64,000 nucleotides of DNA from Marsupella aquatica. Taxonomy: Eukaryota > Plantae > Marchantiophyta. The first letter of the stretch is position 1, and each line of letters starts with the position of its first letter. The translations under genes were made by a program, and so were the position numbers. The notes under the pieces are model-generated. The model was given only the letters and a program-made list of their open reading frames with translations. It was not told the origin of the DNA and did no database searches. Shown here one piece after another: positions 26,601 through 39,569 of this stretch. The DNA is taken from NCBI GenBank assembly GCA_973895155.1, contig OZ316891.1:26901972-26965971 (forward strand), given 5' to 3'.

Positions 26601-27578
26601 CTTTCCCATGGCCTCTCCTCCCTCCCCCACGGCCTCTTCCTCTCCCATGGCTGGACAGCTACGAAGATGCAGTGCAATGAGAACCCACTATGCCTCTCTC
26701 TGGACAAAAGACTTCAGATATAGAGACATTATATTGTTGGACCCGTTGGATTTCTGCCGACTCGCGAGCCAGGCGGATAGACAAGACACTCTGCAGACCT
26801 TCTCGCTCTATAATAATGTTCAAAATTTTGTTATTCCTATCTACACCCAGCACCGTGCATTTCTCGGTTAAACTCTTGTTTCAGAACTCTATCCAATTTA
26901 CACACAGAACAGGGGGGTCACTTTGTCCCCACCATTGGGAGATGTCCTTCCGACTGCGAACTTGTTGAAGGCGAGCAAAGACAGTGATAAGGAAGAGATT
27001 GTTCGTTCCATTGAAGATACGAAGGCCACAACCCAACAGACTACCGAAACATAAAAAGGACGCAAGCTACTATAAATCAGAGACAAGCTTTCGCGAGCAT
27101 TACCCTTCGATGCCGGAGTCAGAAGGGAAGATGGGGTCTCGATCTTGTTGGCAGCAGGGATGGCCGCCTTGGAAGGAGTCTGTGTCTTGACCCTGTCACC
27201 CAGAAGTTCTTCAAGATCCTTGTAACATGCAACCTTGGCAGAACCTCCCCTGTCTAGATGCTTAGCTTTCTTGAACTCCTTCAGAAGATTCCTCCACTTG
27301 TCAGTACACATTGTGGCGGATCTCTCATATCCCCTCTCTTTCATCTTCAAGGAAATCTGCTCCCACAAGTGCTTGTTGGACTTCGAGGTGTTGAACAACG
27401 TGTCCATCTCTTTTCTCAGGGCAATCAGAGCTTTGATCTCATCCTGTACCCACGTCTCTGCTCTCTTCTTCGGAGTCTTCAGCTCCTGCTCGTCCAAAGC
27501 AGGCTCCGCCACCATTAGCGGCTGCGGTGATGTCTGCAGCTGTTGCGGTGGCCCCGGATTCGCCACCACCACGTCCAT
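23648..27578 (-). CDS. Trihelix transcription factor, GT-1 clade
   Basis: Exons 27578-27104, 25395-25234, optional 25083-24949, 24299-24054, 23859-23648. Motifs: [47 protein letters not shown] (trihelix), [59 protein letters not shown]. Additional small exons in the 1.7 kb first intron cannot be excluded. Confidence 0.93.
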
Positions 27579-27655
27579 TGTCTATCCCTTCCAACTACAC
27601 TACGTGCTGCTTGTCCTCTCACCTAACTGGGTGGTGCTCCACTTCACCTTCTAGT

Positions 27656-27699
27656 CTATTGAAGCCTCTCCATCAAAGAACCGTCATAAGAGCCATCAT
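27656..27699 (-). promoter_or_regulatory. Two short overlapping uORFs (MMALMTVL* and MERLQ*) in the GT-1 5' leader
   Basis: ATGATGGCTCTTATGACGGTTCTTTGATGGAGAGGCTTCAATAG with a TGATG stop/start overlap, 78-121 nt upstream of the main ATG. Confidence 0.5.
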
Positions 27700-29145
27700 T
27701 GTGCAGGTCGCCGAAGCTCTCTGTCCCGCCCAACAGGAGATCAATCCGCCCCCTGCCCCCCCCCCCCCACCCCCCCTCCTCGCACGGCAGGAAGGGCAAC
27801 AACCACCACTTTCTGCCGTCCGTCCCTTTACAGGAGTTGGATTAGGGTAATAGTCTGCTGCCTGGCACTGCCACTCGCAATGGCGCCTGGAAATCTGCAT
27901 GTGGGAGGGCAAGATTTTGCATAAAACGTTGCTACGACAGTACACAGAACTGCCACTAAGAAGACTTCCTCATTGGCAAAACAAGCAAACCGAGCTCGTT
28001 TGAAGAAGACAAGTCCAAGGAAGTAATCCGACTGCCGCTACGCAATACGAGCCCGAAAAGGAACCACGTAAAGTGCAAGCGAGCATAATTGCCAATCGAT
28101 ACTACAACAAACCAACCCAAAACTGGGTGCTCCCCGGGAGAGAGAATGCATCACGGGAAAGAGTGACACCATGAGATCCCAACACCCGGTAATTGTTCAC
28201 CACTGTCCTGGTTACAAACCCTCTAAGACACATTGCACAGATATGGACGGACGACGACACAAAATCGTAAACTCCTGCACAATAGCCACAGCTACCAACA
28301 CAACAAACGCCACTTCACACAAGTGTGACGAGTGGTGTGACACCAACCCAATTGGCATACGACCAACGCCAAGGGAGAAACCAAGAAATCAAGGAGCGGG
28401 AGGTATACCTTGCTTCCTCCCACATGACCGGTTGTGTTCGTCGACCACGGTCGGGTTGTTGAGGAAGAAGGCCGGGAGCAAGGAGAGCAGAGACAGACTC
28501 GGGTGAGCTCAGGCTTGCTGGCGAGGCGAGAGGAGGGACAGGACGGAGCAGGGTTGGCGGCCTGGAAGGAAAGGGGGGTCGCACGGCCTTCGATTTGTTC
28601 CTGAGGTTAACAGGAAGAGTTTGCCTGCACCACCTCCCTCTGGTCGCATCTTTTGATCCCTCCTCTCTTCACCACAACCACCATGATATCATACCAACAG
28701 TAACACGAGTACGAGTTAGTACCAGCACTCTCATCACGCGTCCATGCTCTCCCCTGCACTTCCTTCACTCCACGCGAAGAGGAAGACGGCTCTACCTCCG
28801 CCAGAAAACCGCTCACGAGATCTCTCCTTCTTCTTCGTCGTCTTCTTCGTCGTCTGTTGTCCGAAACCGAAGTACTGACCAACACCTTTCTTCCAACTCG
28901 ACCTCCAAGATCCTTTCGCCCCACCCCAGCCCAAACCACAACCCCACCCACCCTTTTCCTTTCTTCACATACGGAAGGAAAAATGCGGCACACCGTGAGA
29001 GCAGGCAGAATTATTGTTGGACACCGAGTTCACTCGAAGATCAATCGAATCTCCCCAACCTCCTCCTTCCGTCCTTCAGGCAGGGCCCCCCCTCCCCAAT
29101 TCCTCCGTCAACTTTTTACACGCAGTCACGCAGGAAGTGCGACCA

Positions 29146-29217
29146 CTCGGCTCGGCCTCGGTTCGGCCCCGTTCGGTTCGGCTCGGCTCGGCTCGGCTCG
29201 GCTCGGCTCTGCTCGGC
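29146..29217. repeat. (GGCTC)n pentanucleotide repeat near the probable GT-1 transcription start
   Basis: CTCGGCTCGG...TCGGCTCGGCTCGGCTCGGCTCGGCTCGGCTCTGCTCGGC in a GC-rich region. Confidence 0.85.
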
Positions 29218-29689
29218 TTCCCAAAGAGACGGACGGGAGTGCCGGACACACAGAAGGACGGAAGCTCTGGACCGACGGGCGGACGGGGGCGGACGGGGGT
29301 TGCGGAGCGAAATCGGGGGACAAAAGGGATCGTCCTCGGGATCCGGGGAGGAGGGGAGGGGCCGAGGCCGAGGGGGCGGTCAGGGCCGAGAGTCCGGTGA
29401 AAAGCAGACGAGAGCAGTGAGTGCGGATGAGGAGGAGGCAGGTAATTAACGTTATGGTTGTGGTGACTAAATTATTACGGGCCTACCATATCTATTTTTA
29501 GGGCGTCTCAAACCACCCTACCCTACCTATTAGGCGTCTCAAAGCTGAACGTTTTAGTTCCTGATCAACACCCGGTAACTCCCTGGCATGGGCCGCCCGG
29601 ATCAGGTGGCCTTATATGTGCAGGGGCCGCCCGGACCAGGTGACCTTATATGTGTCAATGCCCTTCAAGAATTGTTGGCTCCCTTCAAG

Positions 29690-32100
29690 AGTCATCTGTG
29701 GCCATTCAAAAATCATTGGCACCAACTGACCTGGGAAAACATGTTGAAATCCATCCCAAACCAAAGACCTTCTAAGTGAAGTTCTAGCAAAAGTTGGGTT
29801 TTGGTCAGGGTGATGGACATAAATTTCTCAGAGTCACTGACTGAAAGAAATGGGAAACAGCAGGCTTAAGATGCCCTATTGTACCACCATAGGCAGGTTT
29901 GGCCTAATGTTGGGTAAGGTACTAAAAGAGCATCTCCACCAATGCTCATTTTCACCCACTAAACGGCTAACTGAATGAGATGGAGAGAATATTTGATGGT
30001 TGCCTTTCGGAAGGTTAAAAAGTGTCTCTGAATGTTTAGAGGTCTCAAATCCAAACTATTAACTGCAGGCTAGTTTGAGCCAGCATGAGTGTTGCTGACC
30101 TTTGAGGGCAAACCATACCAAACCCCAACTAGGTCAAACCGCAACTGTGCCACTGGCCAGTTTCAGTAAGGCTGGGTTTGCACCCAGCTGGTCAGAAATG
30201 ATTAGCAACCTTTAGGCGATACCCAATCCTATCCTCAAAGTATGCTGAGCCAGGCTCCCCTCTCCCTCCTGGCTGATCTCCAGGCCAAACTCATTGGTAT
30301 AAATATTATCTGTGATGGATGACCTGCTCCTTCATCCCAGGGTAGGGTAGTCAGAAATAATACAACCAATAGGGTAGGGGGTCGTTTACAAAAGACTGCA
30401 TTGAAACAGTGCCACATATATATTATTCACTTTTCTTTCTCAAAGACCAGCACCTTGGAGCTGCCATTTTACTTTGGGCAACTTTCCTGGAGAATGTTGT
30501 GCCAACTCACTACGAAGAGAAAATGAGATTTTCCCTTATATTTACCAAATCTTTACCTAAATAAGAGGGCCAGTTGCCAGATCTAAGTGTTCTACGCAAA
30601 TCTAGAGAGATCAAAGTGCTCACAAGCGTAAGTCAGAAATTTCATGACCAAATCACCACTCATACACCTTCCCCAAAACTGTTCTCTACTTTCCTGTCCC
30701 CCAAAATGGTCAAAACTACTCCTTTGTCCCCCAAACTGGTCACAATTACTCCCTTTCCCCCAAACTAATTTCACTATCAGGTTTACATATCATTTTGTAT
30801 ATGGGTTGGCTTAGCCATACTAGACTAACCCGAGATGGCACCTAATTGGTCTGAGGAAGCTAACCCCTCTGACTTAAAAGTGGGGGACCTAAAACCAATA
30901 GGTGTTAGTCATAGGAAATAGTTGGCACTCTCATTCCAGCGAGTGTGGTAGGGAAACCAGGTCCACAGTGAAGGCACATTGGAGGGGTTATTCTAGGTAA
31001 ATTGCAAGCCTCCATTGTCCGCATGGCATGCTATCTTGGGTTGATTTAAGCTGACCCATGCACAAAATGGGGGCAACCAGATAATCAAATTAGTTTTGGG
31101 GGCAGCTTAGTAATCTTGACCAATTCTCAAGATTCAAATCACAGGCTCTTGCAAGGGAGTAGCTCAGGGCAATTTAATTGTCCAATGAGTCTCCCTGGGC
31201 ATTGCATCAGGGACGGTAGATCATGGTCACAATGTTGTGGCAGGCCAACCTGACCTGACTTGGTTTGGCAGAGGGTGTCAAACAGGAGATGGGAGGGAAA
31301 TCTTTGCTTGCTCTGGTATGTTTGCCAGAAGAGTATCTTGTGGCAGTGTTGCTGTACAGAAGAGTCAAGACATTGGTAAGGCAGCCGGAGCCCAGGCTTT
31401 GACCGTAGGTGTGCCTTTTGACAAGGGTAATTATATTATTTTGTTCACTCCTATGGTACCATAAAGTAATGCTTGCCTGGATGGACCACTTCCATGAACC
31501 TTACAACCTGGACAGACCAGGTTGCTGTTGACCAGAAAGTAGGATTTTTTGTACACAGGAAAAGTGTTATCTGACTCCAAAAAGGTTGTTCCAGTATATC
31601 TGGGTTTCGTTGGCCCGTCTGGGCATTTTGTCACAAGTTTATGTCCATAGGAGCTTCAGTTTCATGTGGCAGTGTTGGAACAAGTAAGTTACATTTCATG
31701 TGCTGGTAGCAAGTGAGGCACACACAAGGGTGTACTTTAGTACTCTCTGTAGGGTACTAACTTATATAGAATTTACGATTGAAACCTATTGCTCATGGCC
31801 TACTAGATAGAGTGAAAGGCCTAATTTTCTGGTAACATAATTTTTCTATACTTAGACTATGCTTGTGAGTAGGGACAGGCATGGACTGGGTAAGGAAAGT
31901 CCTTCAAGTGCATATGCATGGATATTCAGCTAGTAAACCATTATCTGTCATGCTTTCCTTTCCTTATCTTTCCTTTTCATTTTTGATTGTGGTTTCGGAG
32001 AGGTAGAGGAGGGAAATTCTGACCAAGCCCCCTTGTGCACTCCACAGTGGTGCATCCTCCAAAGATGATCGTCTACAATGGCTGGATCTTCGTTTGGGTT
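29690..32100 (-). mobile_element. Highly degraded LINE-like retrotransposon remnant(s)
   Basis: Stop-interrupted frames with zf-RVT-like fragments (..IIYMWHCFNAVFC..); shares a segment with ~12200-12270. Boundaries approximate. Confidence 0.3.
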
Positions 32101-33793
32101 TCAAGGCAAAGCAATTCCAACTAAGAATCCACATCTGGTGTCTCCAACATAAATTTTTTTAGTGGTAAAAAATTCACAAGATTTCACCATTGGCGAGTAA
32201 ATTGGCTAGGTCTTTTTGTCTTCCATTAACCAGTTTCCCACCCACCACAGACACCATTAGCTAGCCAGAATCCAACAGTTATCTTCAAACCTAGGGAGAT
32301 GTGATGGTCAGAAATGAAGGTAGGAATATTAGATAACAATTATTCCTAGCATAGTCTCCTCACACAAGTGACATTCTTCACCACCCTGACCAAAAGGAAA
32401 AAAATTGAAATTATGCTGCACCCTTGGATGGGGAAAACCCTTCCAAGTTGGAGGTCTTTGCTTTTCTATGACTACAGTAAAGTGGTCAAGAGGCATGGCT
32501 TCACTGTAAGATCCAGGTAAGGTGAAGATTGAACCCCATTACCCAATTTTGGGTGGAATCTTTGCCAAGGTGTGAAACTGTACTGTAAAGATCCAAGTAA
32601 TGTAAGTTTGGTCAAGGTTCAGAATCTCGTGAGATTGCCACCAATGCATGAGTTTCTTTCTTGCCAAAAAGAAAGGAATCGTGGATAATATAATGGGGAC
32701 ACAAATAATGCAGATTCAAACTACTGTAGCTTTTCTTTACATCTTCTGTAGTTTTTATAATGTGGGACGGTGTTCACATTGTCGGTAAACATACAGTCAA
32801 ACTGTTGCTGTTCATTCTCATGATTTCTTGTCGTTTCAAACTGTAAACCTTTACTTAAGGTTTAGAAAAGATTGGAATTAAATTTTTAGAGCCTGGGCCA
32901 AAAACATTCAAACATTGTTGTTATCGTGCTTTGAGTGGTGGGGTTTTGTAATGAATTGAGAGAATCAAACAAATGATCGTATTTAATGGCAACAATAATT
33001 CATAAACTGATGGAATTCAATTGGGCTCCCCTAAACCCTTGATCCTCTCAAGTTTTGAAGAAAACTACTACTCACCACTCAGATTTTTTGGTCAGATACA
33101 TGCAATACATACATATCCAGTGGGAATCTGGAGTATTGACGAACTGTCCGACAGTATGTACGGTTGATGCACTCCTCGTGCTGAGTGTGAATATTTGCAC
33201 AAACCTAGAATGGGTGCGGGTGCTCGTCAGCTTTGGAATAATCGTCCCACCCTGGGCTGCTTTCAATACATATATATCGACAAGTTCTACTTTTGAATCT
33301 CGTGTGAAGAGCAACTAGTATCTTATGCTTTTGGACAAACGATTACTGGAGAACAGTGCTGTCGGTTCTGTGTGAACTTACAGTGGCGTTTAACACACAA
33401 CAATCTTATAGTAACCATCACAGTACAGAATAGATACTCAGAGCAGCATATATGGCAGTCCGAAATCGTATGTATATTGCTATGTTCAAAAAATATTTTG
33501 TAAGTGTACATGTATCTTCTCAAATATGTACAATAATGAACAAGTTTATAAATTAAAAACACTTAACTTCCAAATAGGAGTCAATCGAGTGTACTTACAT
33601 GTGCCTGAGTAATTCTTTACAAAAGGAGAAAATGAAAGATCATTGAACCGACTTTAATCGGACAGAAATTAGTGCCAGTAAGGAAGTAGCAAAGTATGCC
33701 CGGAAGGGGGTGCATATGACTATCTGTGTAATTTTCGCGGACTCTACTATGGTACACTGCCGAAGGGAGTCAAGAAACGTCAGTAAAAGTTTT

Positions 33794-36700
33794 CTATGAA
33801 GTAGGTCCCTTTGAGCCTGCTGTAGTCGTTAGGTACGCGGTATTACTGGGGTCACTCAAAGAGGTGATGAATACCTCATCCGCCACAACATCAACATCAT
33901 CTTGGTTCCGGTGCCACACCCAACGTGCCGTGGTACTGCTTTGAATATCCAACTGACCAAATCCAAAGCTAGCCTCTCGGTAAAGTGACCATACTGGCTG
34001 TGGATTCATGTAACTGCAACACAAACGTGAAATTATTTATCATCTTAGTTGCTACAAGACATGTACAACTACAAGGTGTTGATAATCTACATTCGCATGT
34101 CGAGAGTTGATCTCTTACTTTTCAGCTAAACGACTGCTTTACCAACATGAATACATAATGGAGGGGACAAAACCATGGTCTTGCCCATACAGGCTCCGTA
34201 CCATGACCACAAAACACGTGTCTTACATCACAACTGTGGTAACGGGAGAAGGTCTTACTTATTTGCTAATCCTTCACGATTTCCACCATCTCCAATATTG
34301 ATGTGCATTATTCCTAGGGGATTCGGAACTCCCCGGTACACTCGGGTCTGTGTAAGCAACCCATAACAATTGTTCAGAATCATTCGGCTTCTAGAAGTGC
34401 CTCCACTGGCGAATCTTGAAAAACCACCAAACCCATCAACACCAATCCAACTCTTCGTTTTTCACTGAATCCTCACATCGACATTGTGAGCTCATCGGCA
34501 CTCAAGTTAGACGAGAGAGACTTCGACGGTTTATCGAGCCGATGGCAAAAATCACCAGGGATAGGTCCAAGAATCGGGAACAATGAATTCAACTTCGAAA
34601 GCAAGCCACCAAAAACTACAAAGACTGTAGATCTACCGAATTTCAAACCCAAAAGTGTGCAGATGAGACCCTTGTTCCATCACATTGGTTTGGCCTAGAG
34701 AACATACCGTGCGTTCATAGGCATGCACATGCCCCGCAAATAAAATGTCCACTTTGGCAGCAAACAGCAACGGCTCTATTGAAGCCATCATTCCGTCTCC
34801 ATCTCCCTGGTGGGCAGTGTTGCTATTGTACCAGGGTGCATGCAGCACAGCTATGAGCCATGGGGTTTTTCCCCTATCAACCTTAGCCAAGTCTTGCTGC
34901 CATTACGGAAATGACGAACAAAACAGGCAATGATTCAAAGAGTTAATCTTAAGTCATTTCCGGCGAAAGATACTCAAATTCCTTCACTGGCTACGCTACA
35001 AAGAATCGGTAACATTCACAAAAGAACAGAGCTCGAACTGGTTTATTAAAGAGTTTCGGTCGACAACTTTTGTTTACCTTAAGCCACTTGTATTGTTCTG
35101 AAGTTGAAGAGTAGTCTGCATATGAACCCAACATAAGAATATGGCAGCCTGCCACCTCAAAAGAGTAGAAAAGATTGGAAGATGAGCCACTCGCAGCAAA
35201 GGGCATGGACCAACGAGCGTTGTACGATCGGAAGGCCTCAATGAGGAGTGGAATATTCTCTTTCTCATGATTTCCCTGGGTAACCATCCACGGTCTCTGG
35301 CTGGCGAGAGGACTGACAAGCTCTCCAAACGAATCCCACAGGGGCTGATAATAGTCCGCATACGACAAATCCCCAGAGTTAAGCAGCACGTCATAGGAGA
35401 GACTCTTCATATGCTGCAGCGTTGTAGTTGTCCAACCGGTTTGCCCCAAATCACCTGTCATTGACAATGCGAATGACACAATGAGGAAAGCCAGGTACTG
35501 AATCGAGAACCAACCATAATTCCCCAATCAGATAATATCGTAGCGACCTCGATCCATTTTACTGTCCAGCTCTTTCCAACGAAGCACTACTTGTGGAGCA
35601 ACAAAGACCCGACCTCCTACTGTAGATCCTCCACCAGAACCAACGGTTGACTGGTAGTGTGAGGCCATGGAGAATGACAACTTATCCCGGGGCCCTTTTA
35701 AAAACCCAATGCAACCAAATATCTATTTAAGCTGACCAAAAAAGTCTTAAGATCGCAACAAGTGTCAGGAAAATCAGGGCAACTCACCAGCCACAGCAAA
35801 AGTTATGGGCACCTCGGGTCCCAGGGGAGGTGGTGTTTTGAAAGTGTACTCAGTGCTCCATCCTCCAAGATGATAGTAATATGTTGTATCATCTAGCAAT
35901 GGTCCAATGACAACATCATGGATCTCCCCAGATTTGTAAAGGATGTAGGAGTACGAATTAGTAGTGCCCGATGTTTGGGAATTATATGCCCCCTTTGTCG
36001 TTCCATACTCCACAGTGCTCGGCTGTCCAGCTGTCTTGGTAATCCACGTTATGTGCATGTAGTTGGGTCCATTTAAGGAGATATGCACCTGAAGAATTAT
36101 CCCAAACAGTGTCAGAACGCAACAAGTATAATTGTCTATTCCTTCGTCCAAGTTTTTTAATCCACTTAGCAGAATTCAACCTTGACCATAGGTCAGGACA
36201 CGGATTATTCTCGAAGCTAATGGACTGCATAAGATCAGCACTACGATCTGGTCAGAGATTTGGTCATCTGCTGCAAAATTACTCTCTTATTTTAGCTGCG
36301 ATTATGTGAAAATTGAAAAAGGATTCCGCGCAACATTCGGGGTATTTCCAAAGAAGTTAAATTGGCTCGAACATTAGCAGAGTTTCTTGCATTGCACTGG
36401 CTTGAAAACATCCTTTGAGAACCACATCCTGTTCTACACGGCCATTATTGCTAATCGGAAGATGCACGCTTGAAAAAATGCGCCAGTTCAAGTACGAGGA
36501 AGGAAAGAAGAATAACGGGGAGAAGAAGAAAGCGGCAGCAAGGAGCAAGAACGTTCGGCACGCATTAAAAGAAAGTCATCTCAGGAGACCTAAAAATGGC
36601 CAGAGGAACAGATAGGTTTCATACCCTACTGCGTGTAACATTGGTACTCTGATCCTTCACTAGATGTTTTCCAAATAATGAGCGAATGGGGTGTAGTGAT

Positions 36701-37455
36701 TGGCGAACCTTTTCACGTCAAGCCATTATGCTTCATGGCAAACCTAGACCTCCCTTTGAGGACCAACCCTATCATTCAAGGAATTAACTGAAAACCCCTC
36801 AGAAGAGACTGTACTCCTTTCGAGCCGGAAGGAAATAAAACAGGCCCTTCTTTGATTGCTTGATTGCTTCATGGAATGACTGTTTGCTTCTAATGTCTGG
36901 AAATAGTCAAATTCATGAAAGACCCCTTCCAAATCCCAGACGCAATTCAATGTAGAATTCAGTTCAATTCATCCCCAAAACTCAAAACTCGCAACCAGAG
37001 AAGACAGCCAATTACTTCATTGTCTGCATTCCTTTAATTGTATTTCCCTATGACCAACTGACCACACAATCAGCAGCAGCAGCACCGACCTGAGTGGGCT
37101 CATTGTTACCCTTGTCCATCTTCAAAGTTTTGACCATCTTGTAACCGAGATCGGGCCTCGTCCCAGGCCTCGTGTAACTCGACGTCCCGCTCTGCTCCCC
37201 CGGCGAGAAGGATGGACGTGCCGCGTCGTCGACAGCATCTGTCTGAGACATGATCAAAGCCAAAATCACCAGCAACGAAATCGCCACAATTCCAGCTCCA
37301 CCTCCAGCAGCAGACGGGTCTCTCCTCTTCCATTCCGGCTCCCTACACCTCTTCCCGTAATATATATCACAGCCAGGTCGAATTGCCCTGTCCTCGCTCA
37401 ACTTTCCTGTCTCATTCCGTCCAATTCTCCCCATGTTGACAGATCTGCTCGACAT
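33794..37455 (-). CDS. Purple acid phosphatase (PAP18/21/22-like, high-molecular-weight type)
   Basis: Exons 37455-37090, 36088-35788, 35454-35078, 34896-34708, 34347-34259, 34013-33794, in frame. All five metal-binding blocks are present: GDLG, GDLSYAD, GNHE, VLHAP, GHVH; also QVHIS, IGDGGNREGLA, REASFG, WHRNQD. Confidence 0.95.
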
Positions 37456-37530
37456 GTTCTCTTCGTCTTCACGCTCTCCCACGAGAGCCCGAAAGTGTGC
37501 TGTCCTCGACACCACTCAAGGACTACAGGA

Positions 37531-37580
37531 GCATATGCTACGAGATATCCACCGATATCCGCCTAGAATATCCAATATAC
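37531..37580. promoter_or_regulatory. Cluster of P1BS (PHR1-binding, GNATATNC) elements upstream of the PAP
   Basis: Perfect matches GCATATGC (37531-37538) and GAATATCC (37566-37573), plus three 1-mismatch copies (AGATATCC, CGATATCC, CAATATAC), 76-125 nt upstream of the ATG. Confidence 0.8.
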
Positions 37581-38144
37581 GCCCTCGCTTCGGTGTAGTC
37601 GTGGACCTCACTCCGTCAATCGCGTCAGGTCACAGAAGAAGTGCTCATTGTTTACGGGAAAGCAAGATCGGCGATGTGCATGCTCCGCCCGATTTCAATA
37701 ATTCATTTTTCACAGAGTCCAATACCCGAAAGGTCGACGATGAGTGTGGGCCAAACCTGATTATCTCTCTCTATCAAGAATGCCCGGAGCCATTCAAGGT
37801 TCCTGTGGGTGGGGGGCTTGTCCGTGAGCTCGTTCAAGTCCGCATATCTCGGCGGGATGCCATTCAATCCTTGTGTGCAATTAAGCTACGGGTCCTGCTG
37901 CTCCATCACGCCGCTAGGGCAAGCAAACGCAAACAGAGATGCCGTGGAACATCGACAGAAGCTCGTTCCAGTTGGGGCTAAGATGCGGAGACGAAGATCG
38001 GTATCCACAAGCTTGCTTTGCGTCTGGGGTTTGCCCGCAATTCGCCATCTCCAAACGAATGGTGGGCTTCCAATCTTCCATGACGTTGTTTGTTGCTTCA
38101 CTTTCAAGAGTTCGTGGCGGTGATTTGCCTCTATGTTGACTCAT

Positions 38145-39543
38145 CACCTGTTTACTAACCTGCCCCCAAACAAAATTAATTATGAAAGTGTCCCCCATTT
38201 CATATTGGAGTTGATATTAAGTCATGACGTGTCCCCCATTTCATATTGGAGTTGATATTAAGTCATGACGTGTCCAGCATTCCATATAGGAGTTGATATT
38301 AACTCATGACGTGTCCAGCATTCCATATAGGAGTTGATATTAGCTCATGACGTGTCCAGCATTTCATATCGGAGTTAATATGAACTCATGATGTGTCCCC
38401 CATTTCATATAGGAGATAATGTGTCCCCCATCTCATATAGGAGTTAATTAATATTAACTCATGACCGGTCCCTGTTGCCATTGGATAGCCTTAACCTGTT
38501 GTGACCCCATCGGCCCCCTTCCCCGTTGCGGAGCACAGCTGCAGGCCTGGGAGGGGGGAAGACAGGTCAGGCTGTGTCTAAGGGCTGTCTTGCATATGAA
38601 CCTGCTAGCGGGAACCAGGGGTCCCCCCACTATATTGCACCCTCAAAAGGGTTAAATAGATTTTTTTCAATCTAGAGTCCATACTTGCATTCCACTAACA
38701 GGTTCATATGCAAGTCCTGAAAAATGCAACCCTTAGCAGCCCACAGATGTCGGGAAAAAGTGTGGACCCAGGATCTAAACACAATCAAGAACAACTTGCA
38801 TGTGAAGTCCTTATTCAGTCGGATCTACTGTCATTCTGTTTTATTCAAAGTTCAAAGTTCCAGACCTCAAGGGTTCAAATTTCCGGCCTTTGCCCTTGCA
38901 TATCCTCCAAAGACACCATCAGGACTGCCGGCTTGTCGCTTTGCTTAGAGATGCCACTGGTTCAATTGAGGGCCAAAATCACATGCAAGATGGCCCTAAG
39001 GTCTGTGTTCCATTCACCCTCCTTTCTGGCCTACCCCCATTGTGTGGCCCTCTCCAGGATTGTCGGAGCGAATGACAGACCTTTGCCATTTTGGGGGTCA
39101 CCCTTGAACAGATGGCCAAACGGGAAGGCAGCGAGGCCCTAAAAGGCTGATGAAGTCTTCCCCTTTCTGTTTGATGACTTCTTTCCTGGCCAAAAACAAG
39201 CGGCAGAGTTAGGTGTGGTTTTGCATGAAAAAACAATGGGGCAAACAAACACAGGTTTTCTTGCATTTTCCTGATTAAAAATAAGGGCCGAGACTTTTGG
39301 ATTTTTGTGAGGGGAGTGTGGAGCAAAAACTATGTGTTGCTGCCCCTCCCGGGCCTACAACTTTGCCCTGCAATGGGGAGGGGGAAGGGGGCTGATGGGG
39401 TCACTGCAGGTTGAGGCTAGCCAATGGCACAGGGACCGGTCATGAGTTAATATGTAACTCATACATGAAATGGTGGGCCAGTTGATAATTAATTTGGGGG
39501 GCACAGCAGTAATATCGGGTAGTTTGGGGTTAGTAAAAAGCTG
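38145..39543. mobile_element. Non-autonomous long-TIR (foldback/Mutator-like) DNA element, ~1.4 kb
   Basis: 38451-38524 (ATATTAACTCATGACCGGTCCCTGTTGCCATTGGATAGCCTTAACCTG..GTGACCCCATC.GCCCCCTTCCCC) is the inverse of ~39379-39452. Outer ends CACCTGTTTACTAACC and GGTTAGTAAAAAGCTG also pair. No clear TSD. Confidence 0.75.
38188..38465. repeat. 41-bp tandem repeat x~6.5 inside the left arm of the foldback element
   Basis: GTGTCC(CC/AG)CATT(T/C)CATAT.GGAGTT(G/A)ATAT(T/G)A..TCATGA(C/T) at 38188, 38229, 38270, 38311, 38352 and 38393, then a partial copy. Confidence 0.95.
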
Positions 39544-39569
39544 TTAATCTCAATGGCTTTGCTGATGGC

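Noticed and set aside
28595-29449. 284-aa and 187-aa plus-strand ORFs
   Set aside because: Low-complexity, GC-rich frames antisense to the GT-1 leader and promoter, driven by TCT/TCG and GGCTC repeats; no recognisable domain.
37433-37981. 182-aa plus-strand ORF divergent from the PAP
   Set aside because: No Met start in good context, no recognisable homology, and it overlaps the PAP promoter and P1BS cluster.
38188-38465. CRISPR-like regular array
   Set aside because: Units are contiguous with no unique spacers, the context is eukaryotic and there are no cas genes; it is a minisatellite.
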